Source: the human T2T-CHM13v2.0 reference genome, Homo sapiens
Assembly (NCBI RefSeq): GCF_009914755.1
Contig: NC_060927.1
Reading direction: 5' to 3' (one strand)
Length of the DNA: 64,000 nt
Shown here: positions 12,355-26,989 of the stretch, one piece after another
How the letters are laid out: each line of letters begins with the position of its first letter
How positions within the stretch are numbered: position 1 is the stretch's first letter
Program-made: the position numbers and the translations under genes
The notes under the pieces: generated by a model
What the model saw: only the letters and a program-made list of their open reading frames with translations
What the model was told of the DNA's origin: nothing
The model's database searches: none

Positions 12355-14074
12355 GGATAAAAGTACTTTAAAACAACTAATGATTCCAACATTATTTCCA
12401 GTGGTACTGGTAATGCATTCAGGCAGAAATTTTTTTTTACTCCTGGATTTTTATCTGAACTAATGCACTTTTTGTATGCCAATTGCCAATTAAAGTTTCT
12501 GATTTTTTGCATTGCCCCTGAGATATTTTATAGCCTTGGGCAAAAAAGTGTACTCTTCCAGACCACAAAGATAAATGGAGAAAATAGTGCCTTTCCTTAA
12601 TTTATGGCGCTGTTGTAATCATTTAATGTGTGCAACATGCTAAATGTTGTCATTATGGTACAGTATTGGATTTCTTTGTTGTATTACGGAGCAGAACATT
12701 CAATAATAATAAGATAGAACAGCTTTTTCTAACAACTTGTGTTCAAGCCACTGATAATAATGAAATTATGCCAGATGAACTTATTCTCCAACCTCTTCCT
12801 GAAGAGTCAGTGGGATACAAAATGTTTGAGTGAGGAAAAGCATTAATGGACAGAAGGAAAGTGTAGTCATTACTCTGGGGAATGACATAGTTGAACAACT
12901 GAACATGCTTTTCAGAAATGATTACACTCATAACTATCAGTTGTACTAGTTCGGCCTTGAAAATACAGTAGCTATCCCATTTTACAACATAATGTATAGT
13001 TATGTCATATAATTTTACTGGAATCTTCTAATGTAAGTTCCCATTGTTAGCAGTGAAAGAAACAGCTGGTCACAAGTACATTGTTTGAAAGAGCAAGATG
13101 AAATAGAAATTTTTTATAAGAGATGCATTCCTGTAATGTAGATGGTGAATCAAAGTCTTTAGAGTAAGAGTTTTATTGCAATAATTTATTATAAACATTA
13201 TATTATAATGTCTTTAGTTCACTACTATAATATCCTTGGTTCTTTGAGAAATCCTCTCCCTCCCACTATTCAATAAAAATATCTGATGCACTTTTTCAGG
13301 GCTTATGAAAACAATAAATATTGTGACAAATGACTGTTATCATGTCTATGGCGTCTCATTTGAGTACAGATTCTTTTGGCGCAGAACAAACAGGGCCAAT
13401 GACTTAACATTAGGCTTAATCAGTTATCCTAGAAATTTAATATTGAATAATTCTTTAACTTTGGGTAATAGTTAATCATAGCTACTAGGCATTTTTTTTT
13501 AACATCTGTTCTTTCAGGGAAAAAAAAAAAAAAAGAAAACATCATATAATCAGGTCTTCCTGAAATTCTGTTCAATGTGTTTCTGCCTAATTCTCCTCCA
13601 GGACTCTGTTTGTTTCTTTAATGACCAAGATTTCTTTTAGATGAGTATTAAATTCTTTGAGTTTGTAACGCAACACTTGCAAATATTTCGCTAGAAATTT
13701 ATACACACACATCTGTCATTTTATTCTACAAATTGATGTTTTCTCATTCTATAACATAAGGAACTCAGTATTTAAAGTTCAAAGCAATCACCACTTTAAC
13801 AAACTCTTGAGCTTGTAGTTGAAAGTTCACACACATTTTACAGAAGAGAAACACAGCTAGAGAAAAGAGCCTAATCATATAGTCAGTAACTTAGATTCAT
13901 TATGACTATTCTGTCTTGAATTAAATAAGCTACCCTTATTTGAATAGTTTGGGGGACATCTAACTAGTATGTTTTTAATGTATATTTTCATTAACATTTC
14001 AGATTACTCATTCATTCACTAACATTTTTGGTACATGTGCCATGTACACTATTCTAGATATGTGGGGTTTTTTA

Positions 14075-14280
14075 GTGGTTAAAATTGTCAGGTTAGAAGC
14101 CAGATATTATTTATTAGGAATTTACTTCAGCTCTCCATTTTGTAATTTCCTTGTGTCTGAGAAATTGTATCTACTTTGTAGGGTTTTTGTGGGTATCAAA
14201 TACATAAAAACATATGTAAAGAATAAAATGAAGCCTGAGCCATGTTATGGTATCAAATCCTAGATACTATTAATTACTGT
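14075..14280 (+). mobile_element. MIR SINE
   Basis: tagtggttaaaa...agaagccaga...cagctctcca...taggttttttgtgggtatcaaat-like core. Confidence 0.55.
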
Positions 14281-14440
14281 ATTCTCATTTAATCCTCACA
14301 ATAAGCCTGTTGGGTAATTATTATTATTCTCATTTTGCAAGGAGCCATGCTATCCTAAATTATACGTCTAAGAAATTCCAGAATTCAGATGAACTCTTAG
14401 AATAGTCCGAATTTCAAAATCATGTTCTTTCCATTACATT
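14280..14440 (-). mobile_element. MIR SINE
   Basis: tctcatttaatcctcacaataagcctgttgggtaattattattattctcattttgca. Confidence 0.75.
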
Positions 14441-16159
14441 GATGACAGGACATTTCAGGCAAAATAAATATTGTGAGCATAAGCATATTGGTGTTGAAAT
14501 CAGAATGTTTCATGGTGGTCTACTGAGAATTTACCCCTCTTGATTTTAGAGTTGTGGGTAGGTAATGTTGAATAGTTGGATGGCCAGTTTAAAGACAATC
14601 TGAAAAGACAGGCATTATAATAGGAATTTGCTGAGGTTGACATTTGAAGACATTGATTATATTTAGGTATGTCTTAAGATGGCAGGAAAAGATAAATCTG
14701 TTTGGAAGGGGACAAGATTAGCAAGACAAGTGAGGATGATTTTGTAGGAATCTAGGTGTGAGGTCACACAGCCAGACTAAAATGGTGTCGGTTAATAAAA
14801 CCATGTCCAGAAAACCATAGATATTTATAAGAAACAAATGATACGTTGATAGACTATAATAGGTGAATAAGGGGAAAGAGTACCTTACTTTCTGACTTGA
14901 GAGATTGGCCTCCTTCACCTAGTAAATAAATCAAAATGGAATACATGCTATGTGTCTGCCCTTGTGTTTAGCACCATGCAGTAAGTGGTAGAACTAGAAC
15001 TTGAACTCTGGGGTGTTTTGCATGAAGGTCCTTACTCTCAATTTCACTATACTGCCTCCAACCTATGAGTGCCATTTAGCTATTTTGATTCTCATTCTAC
15101 AGATGAGAATAGGGCTCAAAGATGCCTCAGGTTGTCTTAACAACAGAGTTATCAGTTGTAAAATTCAGAACCTTCGAAATCTTGTTTTGTACTTCATTAT
15201 TATTGAATTCTTTTATAGTTCTTTTAGCATAAGTGTGAGTCTCTATGAAAAATTATTTTATTTACTTGAGGTTATGCTGTGCCTCATATGTTTGATGACA
15301 CATTGGTTCTATTTGCTCTGTGTGTGCGCCTGTGTGTATGTTATATACCTAGGCTTGAGCAGGGCAGGGGAGGCAAAATTTCCTCATTGTCCAGAGTGGA
15401 ACCTCTCAGTCTTTCAAAGGAGACTCCTGCATTGGGCATTGGAGATGTCTTATGCTTTTTGCCTTTGCTACACACTTCTGATCCCAGAGAAACGATTTTC
15501 ATTCTCCAGCAATGATTTAAAAAATAATTTATCACAAAAATTAAATAGATTGCACTGTAAAAATCATATAATTACTCCTGTAAAACTACAGATGAAAGCA
15601 TGCACAGAAAATTATAGTGGAAAGTTTTTAATTAGCTTCTGATTAACTGTAAGCTTATGTTTTAAATGTACCATGCAGAACCTTATAACAAGTAGGCATA
15701 AATTAAATAGTCACTAATATGTATGTAGCAAAAATATTAATACGGCTGCTACTAGGGATTTTCACTGGCATATTTTTAATTTTTTTTTTTTTTACTTTAA
15801 AGTGGAGTAGATTCTGTAGAGTTGGGGTATCAATCACATGATCATTAAAAGGGCAAAATATTTTTTCAAAACTTGTGCAATAATCTTTACCTAACTGGCT
15901 ATGTGGTTGGTGATTTGTTCCTCTCTTAAAGAGCGAACAGGCGCTCTTTCAAATGGAGATGCTTACATGATTTCATGTATATTCTTAGTTTTCATGGGAG
16001 ACCTATCCCTTCAGTAGAAGGAAATGCTAGCTTTAGGTCACAGCAAAACTAAGCTTTATTTTTCCCATTTTGTCTAGTCTATGTTTCACATGTTAAAGTT
16101 GTGAATTGGACACTTAATTTGAGTGAGAGTCAGGGTATTTTTCAAACTATATTTAGTGA

Positions 16160-16260
16160 CTTTAACTTGCTGAGTGACCTAGGACAAGTCATCTAAGCTC
16201 TCTGGGCCTTAGTGTTCTAACTGGTAAAATTAGAAGGTTAAATTAAATGATCTTTTTACC
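16160..16260 (+). mobile_element. MIR fragment
   Basis: gctgagtgacctaggacaagtcatctaagctctctgggccttagtgttct...gtaaaat. Confidence 0.75.
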
Positions 16261-16364
16261 TAGTGTCAAATCAAAAGAATCACATTTCTATATTAATTGT
16301 ATTTTTAAGGTTGTTGGTACCTAGGTTCTTTTAATAATATCTTGGAAATAAAACATTATTATAT

Positions 16365-16670
16365 TCTTTAAAATGTACATATAACAATTGTACATATTTA
16401 TGGTATGTACCATATTTATGGCAAAATGTGATGTTTTGATAAATGTATAAATTTTGTAATGATCAAATCAGGGTAATTAACATAGCCATGACTTTAACAT
16501 TTATAGTTTCTTTATGATGAGAATATTAAAAAAGTCTCTTCTAGCTATTTTAAAATATGGAATACATTATTGTATTATATATCATAGTAGTCATCCTGCT
16601 GTGCAATAGACTACCAGACCTTATCCCTCCTATCTTACTGTAGATTTGTACTCGTTGACAAATATCTCTA
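16365..16670 (-). mobile_element. L1MA-type LINE-1 3' UTR fragment
   Basis: attgtacatatttatgg...gtaatgatcaaatcagggtaatta...tctagctattttaaaata...ctgtgcaataga. Confidence 0.85.
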
Positions 16671-19600
16671 CAAGTGTTTTTCACAAAGAAGCCCCTCAGT
16701 ATTCTGACATGAGGAAAAGCAACGAACTTGCTTTCCATTTATGCAAATTAGATTGTTAACTTCCTATGCAACTAGGAATACTTAACAGTACTTAACAATA
16801 TTTATATTGTTCCTTTGGACATAAGTATGGCTATGATTGCCCCCACCTCCCAAAAAAACAACAAAAAGGAATCATAGGAAACAATTTTTAAACTTATTTT
16901 CAATTTTTTTTATTATTGATTAAATAAAAGCACAACTTAACAAAATATAGGCAGTCTTGTACTTTATATACAATGATCCTTCTGGGGAGACATGGAAATT
17001 CATCTGTCTTCCTCAAGCCAAGTGGGACTGTTCTGTCCTAGGAGAAGGGATTTTTAAGGAGTGGGGAAGGAAGGGGAAAAAAAGGAAATCTTTTCCTTAT
17101 TGTCACCACTGCTTACCCTTTTCAAAGAAGTATCTTCGGTTCTTAGAAATCCCATGCCCAGGGTGAAAATGGAGAGAAAGAAAACACAGGAAGAAGAGAG
17201 TATATATAGAGAGGGAGGCCAGGGAACTAGGAGAACAGAATGAGAGGCAAGGTAATCTCTCTCACCCTTTTAGGAAAGGACTCTCATTGCCTGTGCTCCT
17301 TCTTTACCTGACAAGCTGCAGTTGCCCCTACCTCTACTGTTGCTTTTGTTCCTCTGTAATAAAGAGGTAGAGAAGAAGGGAAGAAGAACAGCTGAAAAGC
17401 AGAGAAAGGAAAGAAGAGTTGGCAGTGAAAGGCAAACTCATAGATTGCCTTAAAACTTCCATGGCTGCCACTTCTGGCCCCCTGTCCCCACTGCTTCATC
17501 ACCATGGGCTGAAGCTAGCATTTAAAGGGGGAGGAAAAGAGAGAGGAATCTGAAGACAGGAAGCTCTAGTCTCTTTCAGTATCCACTGTGTTCTTCATCT
17601 ACCCACCCCCTCCCCTCATCTGACACCTTGCCTAGGACAAGGGCTCTTAACCCCTGAGCTTCCAATAGTCCCTAAATAAGCTGTACAATGTTTTTTACTC
17701 TGTGAAATTGTAGGTAGAGTTTGGGTGTCTTTGGGGCGGGGAGGGTTCATAGAGTTTCTCCGATTTTTAGATACACCCAGCATAACCTAACTCACCTGTG
17801 CTTTTTAATATTCTTCTTTGGCTTCCATAGGCTCTTCTGAAAACCTAACCACTATATGCACAAAGTTCTTACCATTGGAAAACACCTTTAAATGATACAC
17901 AGAGAAAGTTTCCAGAAAAATCATTTCAAGGTTGGAGAAAACCTATTATACTTTTTTAAATAAAATAGGAAATAATAAGCTGGATTGAGGTAATATATAT
18001 TTGGCTCCTACTCACACAAAAATTTTGAAAAAGAAAAAAAATGTTTAATTTATTTTTTAATTATTCATTTGTAATCACGAAATATCTGAACTAAATATTT
18101 GAATCTCTGCAAAGGCTGGGAGTTGCTATGTGTTGTTGGGACCACACTACTCTCATATCCTGTGTAAATACCCCATGACTGAGTAAATATTATCATGCAA
18201 TTTTAGAATTAGAAGTTTAGATGTTTTGACCTAAATGTTTTCCAGGGTTAAAATATCCTTCTTACAGAACAGTGATCCTCATAAGTTTAAACAGACTGGA
18301 AACAATAAAGCCTAAAAAGAAAATCATGCACATCAACAATTTTCTTTCTATCTTTCAACTTTAATTTTCACCCTTATAGCCCTAAACCACTAATTTGAAA
18401 AGATTTTTCTAAAAGTTCATCTTTCTAATATATCATAATATTTCTTTTTTTCTGGCCCTGGAAGAGATTGAGTACTCCGTATTTTTTAAATATATAATGG
18501 ATATATTATAAATACTAGAAATGAGTACAATACTATTATTTAATTTTGTGCCAATTTCATGAATGAGGAAACTAGATATTGAGCAAAGTGCAAAGATAGA
18601 CATTACAGTCCTGACCTCTGGTAAGTATTTCAGAATTGTCACTTTCAAAAGGTAATTCAAGAACACTGTATTTATGTATCTCTCAATAAGTTCACTATTT
18701 GCCTCTCCTATAGAAACATGGTAGTTGTTGTGTGAACCATTATCCAAAGCAAAGTTAGATCAATACTACTGAAGTAAATAAATTGAAAACTATATTAAAA
18801 CTGAAAAATGTGGTTGTGAGGACATGCAAGAAAAACAATGTGGTGCTACTAGCCTGGAATTGGTATGAATAAGCCCTTTAAAAAAGAAAAAATGAATCCT
18901 TAATCTTTATGCCTTAGTATCTTACAATTCTCCATTAACCTTTGATAAAACCATCATATTGGGCACAAAAGAAACACAGTCAATGAATTTTTCTTGATAT
19001 TCTTTTTTACAGGAAAAAAATCAAACAATGTGATTCATTATAAAACCTATGGTCAGAATCAATAATCTATGCCTTCATATCATGCCTGTTTAGATAATAA
19101 TTATTAAGCCACCATTTAAAATTTTTTAAACTCAAATTCCATCTGCAAAAAATCTATTTTGCTTTTAAAACTTAATATTAGGTTTCAACTTTACTTTCTG
19201 TCATCCTTCTTTTGGTTGCCACATCAGTAGACTCAGAATAAAAGCATCTGCCCAAAGCAAATACACTGGAGTTCACTGTCAAACAGAGATTCCCAAGAAA
19301 CCAAACAGAAAAGGAATAAAAATGAGAAGCATGTTTTATTAAATGTCTTCTACACCTGCTTCCTTTATCTTTTAGACCTGCTTACCAAAGCCCATTGGAT
19401 ATTTTGATTTTTTAAGTCACAGGCATATGAACTAGCTTGAACATTTATAGTATCAAATTATTAAAGGTAATGACCTGGTATTTAAAAAATGATGTTCCAC
19501 ATCTAGGGGATCTCCATGAAAGCTTTTCAGCTGAATAAAGGTTATAATTGTTAAACAAATTGGTTATTTATTAAGCTAGCACTATAAACAAAAAGAGTAT

Positions 19601-20111
19601 TTAAACAGCTGGTATCCCTGTGACCCTACCTTTAATCTTCTCCAGAGAAAATGTGACAAGAAGTGATATTTAACAATAATTTTAGAAAATGTAATGAACA
19701 CCAATTGATTATGTAACTTGCATTTTATTTTCAAAATTACATTAAAATAGTATGCAACTATTCATTTAAATGCATTTTAGAATTAAAATGAATTATTTTC
19801 ACCTACAAAACTTATGTTTAAAAATGAGATAGTACTGTTTTATTATTGATCTACATTAAATTAGCAATATGTTAAAATTCATTTCTATATTGTAATGCTT
19901 GGAAAATTATAAATTTTTGAACTTTTTAAAGCTATGCTTGAAAGTTCAAGAGAGCCTTACTCAGTAATGAAAGTTAAACAAACAAATTAATAATACATAA
20001 ACAAAAAGGTTGTTTATAACCAGTCCTGCACAATTTTAAATCTATGCAGTAGAGCAATGTATGATAATTTTAATAAACACACAATATATCAACACATTTT
20101 CATGGACACTA

Positions 20112-20965
20112 TATTTTTAAATAGAAATTTAATTTTGGAATATTTTTAAATGTATAGAAAAGTTGTAAAACTAGTACAGAGTTTCCTTATACTTTATACC
20201 CACTTTCTTCTATATTAATATCATATTTATAGTACATTTATCACAATTGAGATAATATTGATATATTATTATCAACTAAAATTCATATTTTATTCAGTTT
20301 TCTTTTTTAGTTTTTACCTAATGTCCTTTTTCTGTGACATTTACATACCACTTTATGTTTAGTCATCGTGTCTCTAAGTTCTTGGCTGTCACAGTTGTTG
20401 AAACTTTACATTTTTAAAAATAATTTTGACAGTTTTGAGGGGTATTGGTCAGGTATTTACTAGAATGTCTTTTTATTTGAAATTGTCTGACATTTTTCTT
20501 ATGATAATATTGGGATAACAGTCATTGGGTTTTGGGAGGAAAACAACAGAGGCAAAATGGCATTCTCATCACATTAAATCAAGGGTACTTACTGTTAACA
20601 TGATTTACTACTGTCCTTGATCCCCTGGCTAAGTTGGTGTTGCCGTATTTCTCCACTATGAAGTTACGCTTCTTCCCTTTTTTCATTTTGTGGTCTTTAG
20701 AAGGAAGTCACTATGCAAAGCTCACACCTCATGTTCCAGAAGCTGCTTTTCCAAGGAGTGAATATTTATCCTCCACCCTTTTGAGTGTGGAGCATTTACT
20801 TAAATTGTTTGGATTTATGCTCTGCATGAGAGACTTATCTATTATCTTCCATTTTAAAATGTATTTAATCATCCTATCAGTATGGACTCATGAATATGGA
20901 TATTATTTTATACTATGAATTATAGTCCATTACTACTCTATTTTGTTGCTCAAATAGTTTCAGAC
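20112..20965 (-). mobile_element. L1MC-type LINE-1 3' UTR
   Basis: gaaaagttgtaaaactagtacagagtttcc...gacagttttgaggggtattggtcaggtattt...tatggactcatg...ttttgttgctcaaatagtt. Confidence 0.85.
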
Positions 20966-21187
20966 ATTATCTTTTGAACTACTTATGGTTGGAAGTTCCT
21001 AGCACAATGCCAGAAACATAGTAGACGTTAATGGTAATTTAGTGTGAACCTAAACTTAAAAATATGCTCATGGGCCATTTTTTAATTTAAAAATAGAAAG
21101 TATATTCTATTAAGAGGTACTCGATCCCTAATTGCAAATCCCCACTTATATCCTTCGAAACAAAAAAAAAAAAAAGAGGAGACATGG

Positions 21188-21706
21188 TATATAATTTAGA
21201 TATTGCCACAGTAATGTGGCATTGTATACAACCATGAAACTCAGCAGCAGACAACAATGAAAATGTATTTAGCTCATGAATCTATCAGGGTAAGCTGATC
21301 TGGGTTAAGTTTGGCTGACTTGGGCAGGGCTCACTCATATGTGTATATGGCAGAGGTGGAGTGGTCACAGGGGGAGTCATCTGGAGCTAGTAATGCCTCA
21401 GATGACATAAGTGGAGCAACTCAGCTCTGGTCCATGGTTGCCTCTCATCATGAAGCAGGACAGCCTGAGCTTGTTGTCATAGCGATGAGCAAAGGCAAGT
21501 AAGCAAAATGTGTAAGTGCTTTCTGCTTGTATCCCATTTGCTATCCTTACAGTGGCCAAAGGACAGCATAAGGTGAGCCCAAGTTCAAGAAGTGGGGAAA
21601 TAGACTGTAACTCCGTGGTGCCAGAAACTGCAAAGTCACATGGCAAATATAGTGTCTACAGGAAAGGGTAAAGAATAGAGACCATTAAACCAATCAATCT
21701 ACCATG
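21188..21706 (-). mobile_element. MLT1H-like MaLR solo LTR
   Basis: gggcagggctcactcat...ggggaaatagact...ctgcaaagtcacatggcaaa...caatcaatctacca matches the reverse complement of the MLT1H 5' end. Confidence 0.8.
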
Positions 21707-22577
21707 CATTAACTATACAAAGGAACGAGTCTAAGCTCTCATGGGTGTGTGTTTATTATTTTTGAAATCAGTTTTCACCCTGTTTTTGTTATGAATTATG
21801 ACAGTGAGTGGAAGTGCAGCATTATCATTAACTATGTCATATTTCAGAAGCCGTTCTTCCCAAACTGAGGACCAAATCATTTAAAAGTATGATAGTAATT
21901 TACTTTTCAATTCTGCACTCATTTTAAATTATAATGAAATCTTACTGAACAAATGCTTTTTAACAGAGTATGTTTCCAATATGAATGAAGATTTCATGCA
22001 GCAAAACTTGAGCTGTAATAATGAACAGGTCTGAAAAAACGAAAGAATAAGCTAAGCCTATAAATCTCTTCCATATACATTTATGACAGAATTAGACATA
22101 TGAATACTCTATTCTTAGAGAATATTCAGTAAAGCATAAACTCTTACTTATAATGAGGTCTCCATGGAAATGCTCTTTCAAATAGAGTTATTGACAATTG
22201 CAAAATATACAACTTGCAAATTTTTCGTTTTAGGGTTTGTTTAAATTAAGCTTTAAGAATTCATGCATATCAAATCCTATTTTTTTCTGTAGAAAAATTC
22301 AAATAAAATCATCTGAAATAAGTCCCCTTTTTCTTAAAACATTTGAAAATAATGTATGAAATGTAATTAAACATAAACTTCAATGTTCATATCTCAAGTT
22401 CTAAATACAATCCTGGAAGAAGCAGTTTCTATTACACTTCCCATAGAAAACTGCTTATGTTTGAGGTAGCATTTTGTTTTGAAAAAGATGTGAGCTTCAG
22501 ATCCTCCAGGAAGCTCTAGGTAGATATTCCGATTTTCTCTTTTGTAAAATTGGTTTAAAAGGTTTTTGTTTTTTTAA

Positions 22578-22710
22578 TCTCTCTGATCCTCGGTTTCCTC
22601 ATCTGTAAAAAGGAAGTAATCTGCCTGCCTCATATGGGTTTTAATGAGAATTAAGTGTTACATAAAATGTCAAACTTAGCACAGCGCTTCACACATAACA
22701 AACTCCTTAC
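22578..22710 (+). mobile_element. MIR fragment
   Basis: ctctctgatcctcggtttcctcatctgtaaaa core. Confidence 0.8.
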
Positions 22711-23478
22711 TAACTCCTTACTCCTGCCTTCCAAGATGTACACTTTTACATTTACTTACTTAGTACTCCACTCCAATAGTTTTCTTTTGCATAATAGAAT
22801 GCAAAATGCATACTAGAAAGGAAATTGTCCTGCAGAGTTTCAGCAAAACAAATGACTGGCACAAACCAGTATGTTATTACAAGGATTTATATACACTCTT
22901 GTTCTAATCATATTCTGTGAAACGTAACAGGAGCATATATTAACCAGCTTCATATAACCAATTTTCCAAACTAATATCAACACTAAAAAGATTTTCAGGT
23001 ATATTAAGCTGGAGAACTTTGTTCAGAAGACTTTAAGAAGTGGCCATATAGGAAAGCAATCAGGATTGCAAACATTAAACTTTAGCATAAATACCACTTG
23101 TTCCTCCTTTCAGAGACAATGAAAACTCTTGCTTATGGCTATAATAATCAGGCTACAAGGATTTCTAAGAACTGTTCTTAGTTTAATTTTTCTGCTATTG
23201 CCAGATGCTTTTCACCATTCTAGGTGCCCAAATCCTGAAGCCAAATTTAATAAAGGAGAAACAGGCCTAATTGATAAATGGATGTTCAGTATGCGTTTTC
23301 CAGTCAGAACTTGCCTTGGCTTAGTGGAACATTCTGGTAGTTCAGGCAAAAAGTGTTTCACTACAAGATCCTGAACACTATATTGCATAGAATATTTGAA
23401 AACCAGTGATGTCCAAGTCACTAAATTCTTCCTTTACTTCTTTCGGATGGGACTAAAGAGAAGGAGTAGCTTGACCTT

Positions 23479-24058
23479 GCTTCTATCACCTTAAGAAATA
23501 TATGCACACTCTCAAACAAGCTGATACACTGAACACTGGATTATAGACAGTGCATTTAAATTTTGTAATGGATATCTGATGAACTAGTCAGAGGGATTGA
23601 ATCTACCAATTAAAGTCTGTCCCACTGCAAAAATAGTCCTCCTGGGTCTGTTGCCAGGAAGAAGACTGAGTAATTAAGATCAATGCAGTTTTTTTTTGTA
23701 TTCTGATGTCCATCCCCCAAAACATCACTTATTTCATTGTCCCACCAAGGGGGATATAGGAAAGGGCTTTCTATCACCTTAAGAAATATATGCACACTCT
23801 CAGACAAGCTGATATACTGAACACTGGATTATAGACAGTGCATTTAAATTTTGTAATGGATATCTGATGAACTAGTCAGAGGGATTGAATCTACCAATTA
23901 AAGTCTATCCCACTGCAAAAACAGTCCTCCTGGGTCTGTTGCCAGGAAGAAAACTGAGTAATTAAGATCAATGCAGTTGTTTTTTTGTATTCTGATGTCC
24001 ATCCCCCAAAACATCACTTATTTCATTGTCCCACTAAGGGGGATATAGGAAAGGGCTT
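23479..24058. repeat. Two-copy tandem duplication, period ~288-289 bp
   Basis: Copy 1 ~23481-23769, copy 2 ~23770-24058; about 6 substitutions and 1-2 single-base indels by eye. Confidence 0.97.
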
Positions 24059-25735
24059 AATTATAAGACTGGTCAGAAAATATAAGACAAAGGTATCCTT
24101 GACATTAAGAATTTCATGATTCATAACAACTTTAAAATATTGTCTATTCTCCATATGAAGTGACTTTCCCTTTTAAATTATTTGGTATTTATGGAACTAA
24201 TAATGTGTTGTGCTAACACAGAGCTTTTCATCCAAGAACTTCAAAGCACTCTTTATTTGTCACATTCTGTGATCATTTAGTTTGACTATAAAATATTTTA
24301 TGATTAATATTGGAGTGAGAAAACATGCAGGAAAACAAAGTATAATATTGGGGGAAATTTCAAATACATAAGATTTCATCCTGACTAATTATCTCAGTTT
24401 TCTGTAGCCCATGGTAAATTAGGATGAAATATGCTTGCACTTAAAACTTAGCTTTGCTAACATCTGTTTCTTTTAAATTAGATTTTAATTTAAAATGGCT
24501 TGTCCTTACTTCAAAAATATGAGATTATTTTTCCTCCGATTTTGAGTTTTTCACTAAAAATCTTATATATTAATATATATAAATGTATTCTACATTGGCC
24601 TTTTTATCCTCTTGGGCAATTACTAAAGTAATTCATAGACCTGTTCTTACTGGTAAGTAGGGATAAATTAAATTGTCAGGACACTAAAGTAACATTAGAT
24701 AAATTATGTTTCACTGACTTAAAGACAGTTAATTCTCTAGAAATGAAGCAGTTTATTTCTTAACTCATGGGTAAGTTTATATTGGAATTTTGAAGGTGCT
24801 CGTGAAATCATTGTTTAAATGAGGTCTTATTTAGTTGAGCACCTAATGAAATTTCTTGCCATTTCTCCCAGTGATTATACATGTATATGTAAACTGTCAA
24901 CCAGTTTCTTCATGTGAAACGCATCCTAAACTTAATATTTTAAAATCCTTATGTATGTGATTTAAGAGCAAGCCTCTGGAGAGAAACTGTTGTATGAAAA
25001 TAAGTAAAATCATTGTTTGGCTTGCTATATTATAGTCTTTGCCTATGCTACTAATCAATGATATGGCATCAGGCAATTCCTTAACTTTCTTCAACTGTAA
25101 AACAAGGGCATACAGGTTAATGACTCCTCAGGTCATTTTAGGCTTCTATATGATTTAATACATGATCACTTTCTAAAATATGTATTTTTTTATCTGTTTC
25201 TAAACCATGCTTATGGTTGTTTACTACTGACAAAAATATAAGATTAATTATAACTGATGTCATACCTATAGTCAGCAGTGCTGAAGCAACCAGTGACAAG
25301 TCATACAACAAAAAACGTGTCTCCTAGAGCTGTTAACAGTAAAATAAAATCCACTCTTACTGCTTCTGAATTTAAATCCGAGTACTTTCCTGAGTAAATA
25401 AAAGGAGGACACAAACCCTGCTGGACGTTTCTGAGAGCACATTATGACTGTCACTATTTTCTTTCCATTGCTATCATATGACTCAATGTCAGCACAGTGC
25501 TATTCATTTTTACTCTTTATAGGGCCATAAGTAATTGATAAAATGGTATTGGAAGATTCATTTGTTATAATTCTTTTAGTAGCAAGTAATAAGATGCTAT
25601 CTCAAACTAGATTACATAAAAATGAAATTTATTGGGTCACATAAAACTTAGAAATAATGGGGTAGGACTGGCTGCAGGCCTAGAATCCAGAGCCTATATG
25701 ATGCCAAAATGCACATCTTACCATTGCTTCACTTG

Positions 25736-26243
<508 letters not shown>

Positions 26244-26348
26244 GTTTGGTTTTCCCTTGTCTTGACTTCATTTGGACAACTTGTTGCCAGTGTATTTTAG
26301 GATGGCAGGGATTAAAATCCATCCATTCAACAACTTCAGTGTAAACAG

Positions 26349-26632
26349 TTTATTTTATTTTATTTATTTATTTATTTTTGAGACGGAGTCTCACTGTGTC
26401 GCCCAGGCTGGAGTGCAGTGGTGCGATCTTGGCTCACCACAAGCTCTGCCATTCTCCTGCCTCAGCCTCCCGAGTAGCTGGGACTATAGGTGCCTGCCAC
26501 CACACCCGGCTAATTTTTTGTATTTTTAGTAGAGATGGGGTTTCACCGTATTAGCCAGGATGGTCTTGATCTCCTGACCTCGTGATCTACCCGCCTCAGC
26601 CTCCCAAAGTGCTGGGATTACAGGCATGAGCC
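26349..26632 (-). mobile_element. AluY-type SINE with ~15-nt internal deletion
   Basis: ttagccaggatggtcttgatctcctgacctcgtgatc (Y-type); lacks tcccgggttcacgcc after 26450; (TTTA)n tail. Confidence 0.92.
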
Positions 26633-26989
26633 TGTATTTAATTTTTTTAAATTAATAGTTCTAGCAAAAGTTCTTCAACTGAGTCTTCTTAGTTTAGTGT
26701 AGCTCACATGTCCATCTAAATCAATCTTATGATTCAATAAGATGGACTCTTTCTTCTGGCCAAATTAAGCATGTGCACATCTCTTGAGCTGGTCAGGGTT
26801 GGAGTGGGGAATGAAGTCAACTTTCCTGAACTGCATAAACTGAGTACTGGGGAGGAGTGATGATGCAATGACAGTCAGGGTGCTATTCCCAGAAGGGTGA
26901 ATGACTGCTAGGTTATCACAAGCAATAGATATCCACTACAAACAAAAGTCAAAGAGGAAGAAAAAGAGAGTCAGAAAGGGAAGGACCAT

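Noticed and set aside
12630-12833. ORF with a protein-like acidic tail (DNNEIMPDELILQPLPEE)
   Set aside because: No good acceptor, non-ATG start and no recognisable family.
15001-15642. Longest ORF (213 aa, +)
   Set aside because: Starts at TTG, overlaps MIR-like and TG-repeat sequence, has the composition of random AT-rich DNA and shows no recognisable domain.
23479-24058. Possible CRISPR-like or LTR-pair reading of the repeat; CTCF-like ccaccaaggggga word within it
   Set aside because: Two adjacent long copies with no spacers or TG/CA termini; the CTCF-like word mismatches key core positions.
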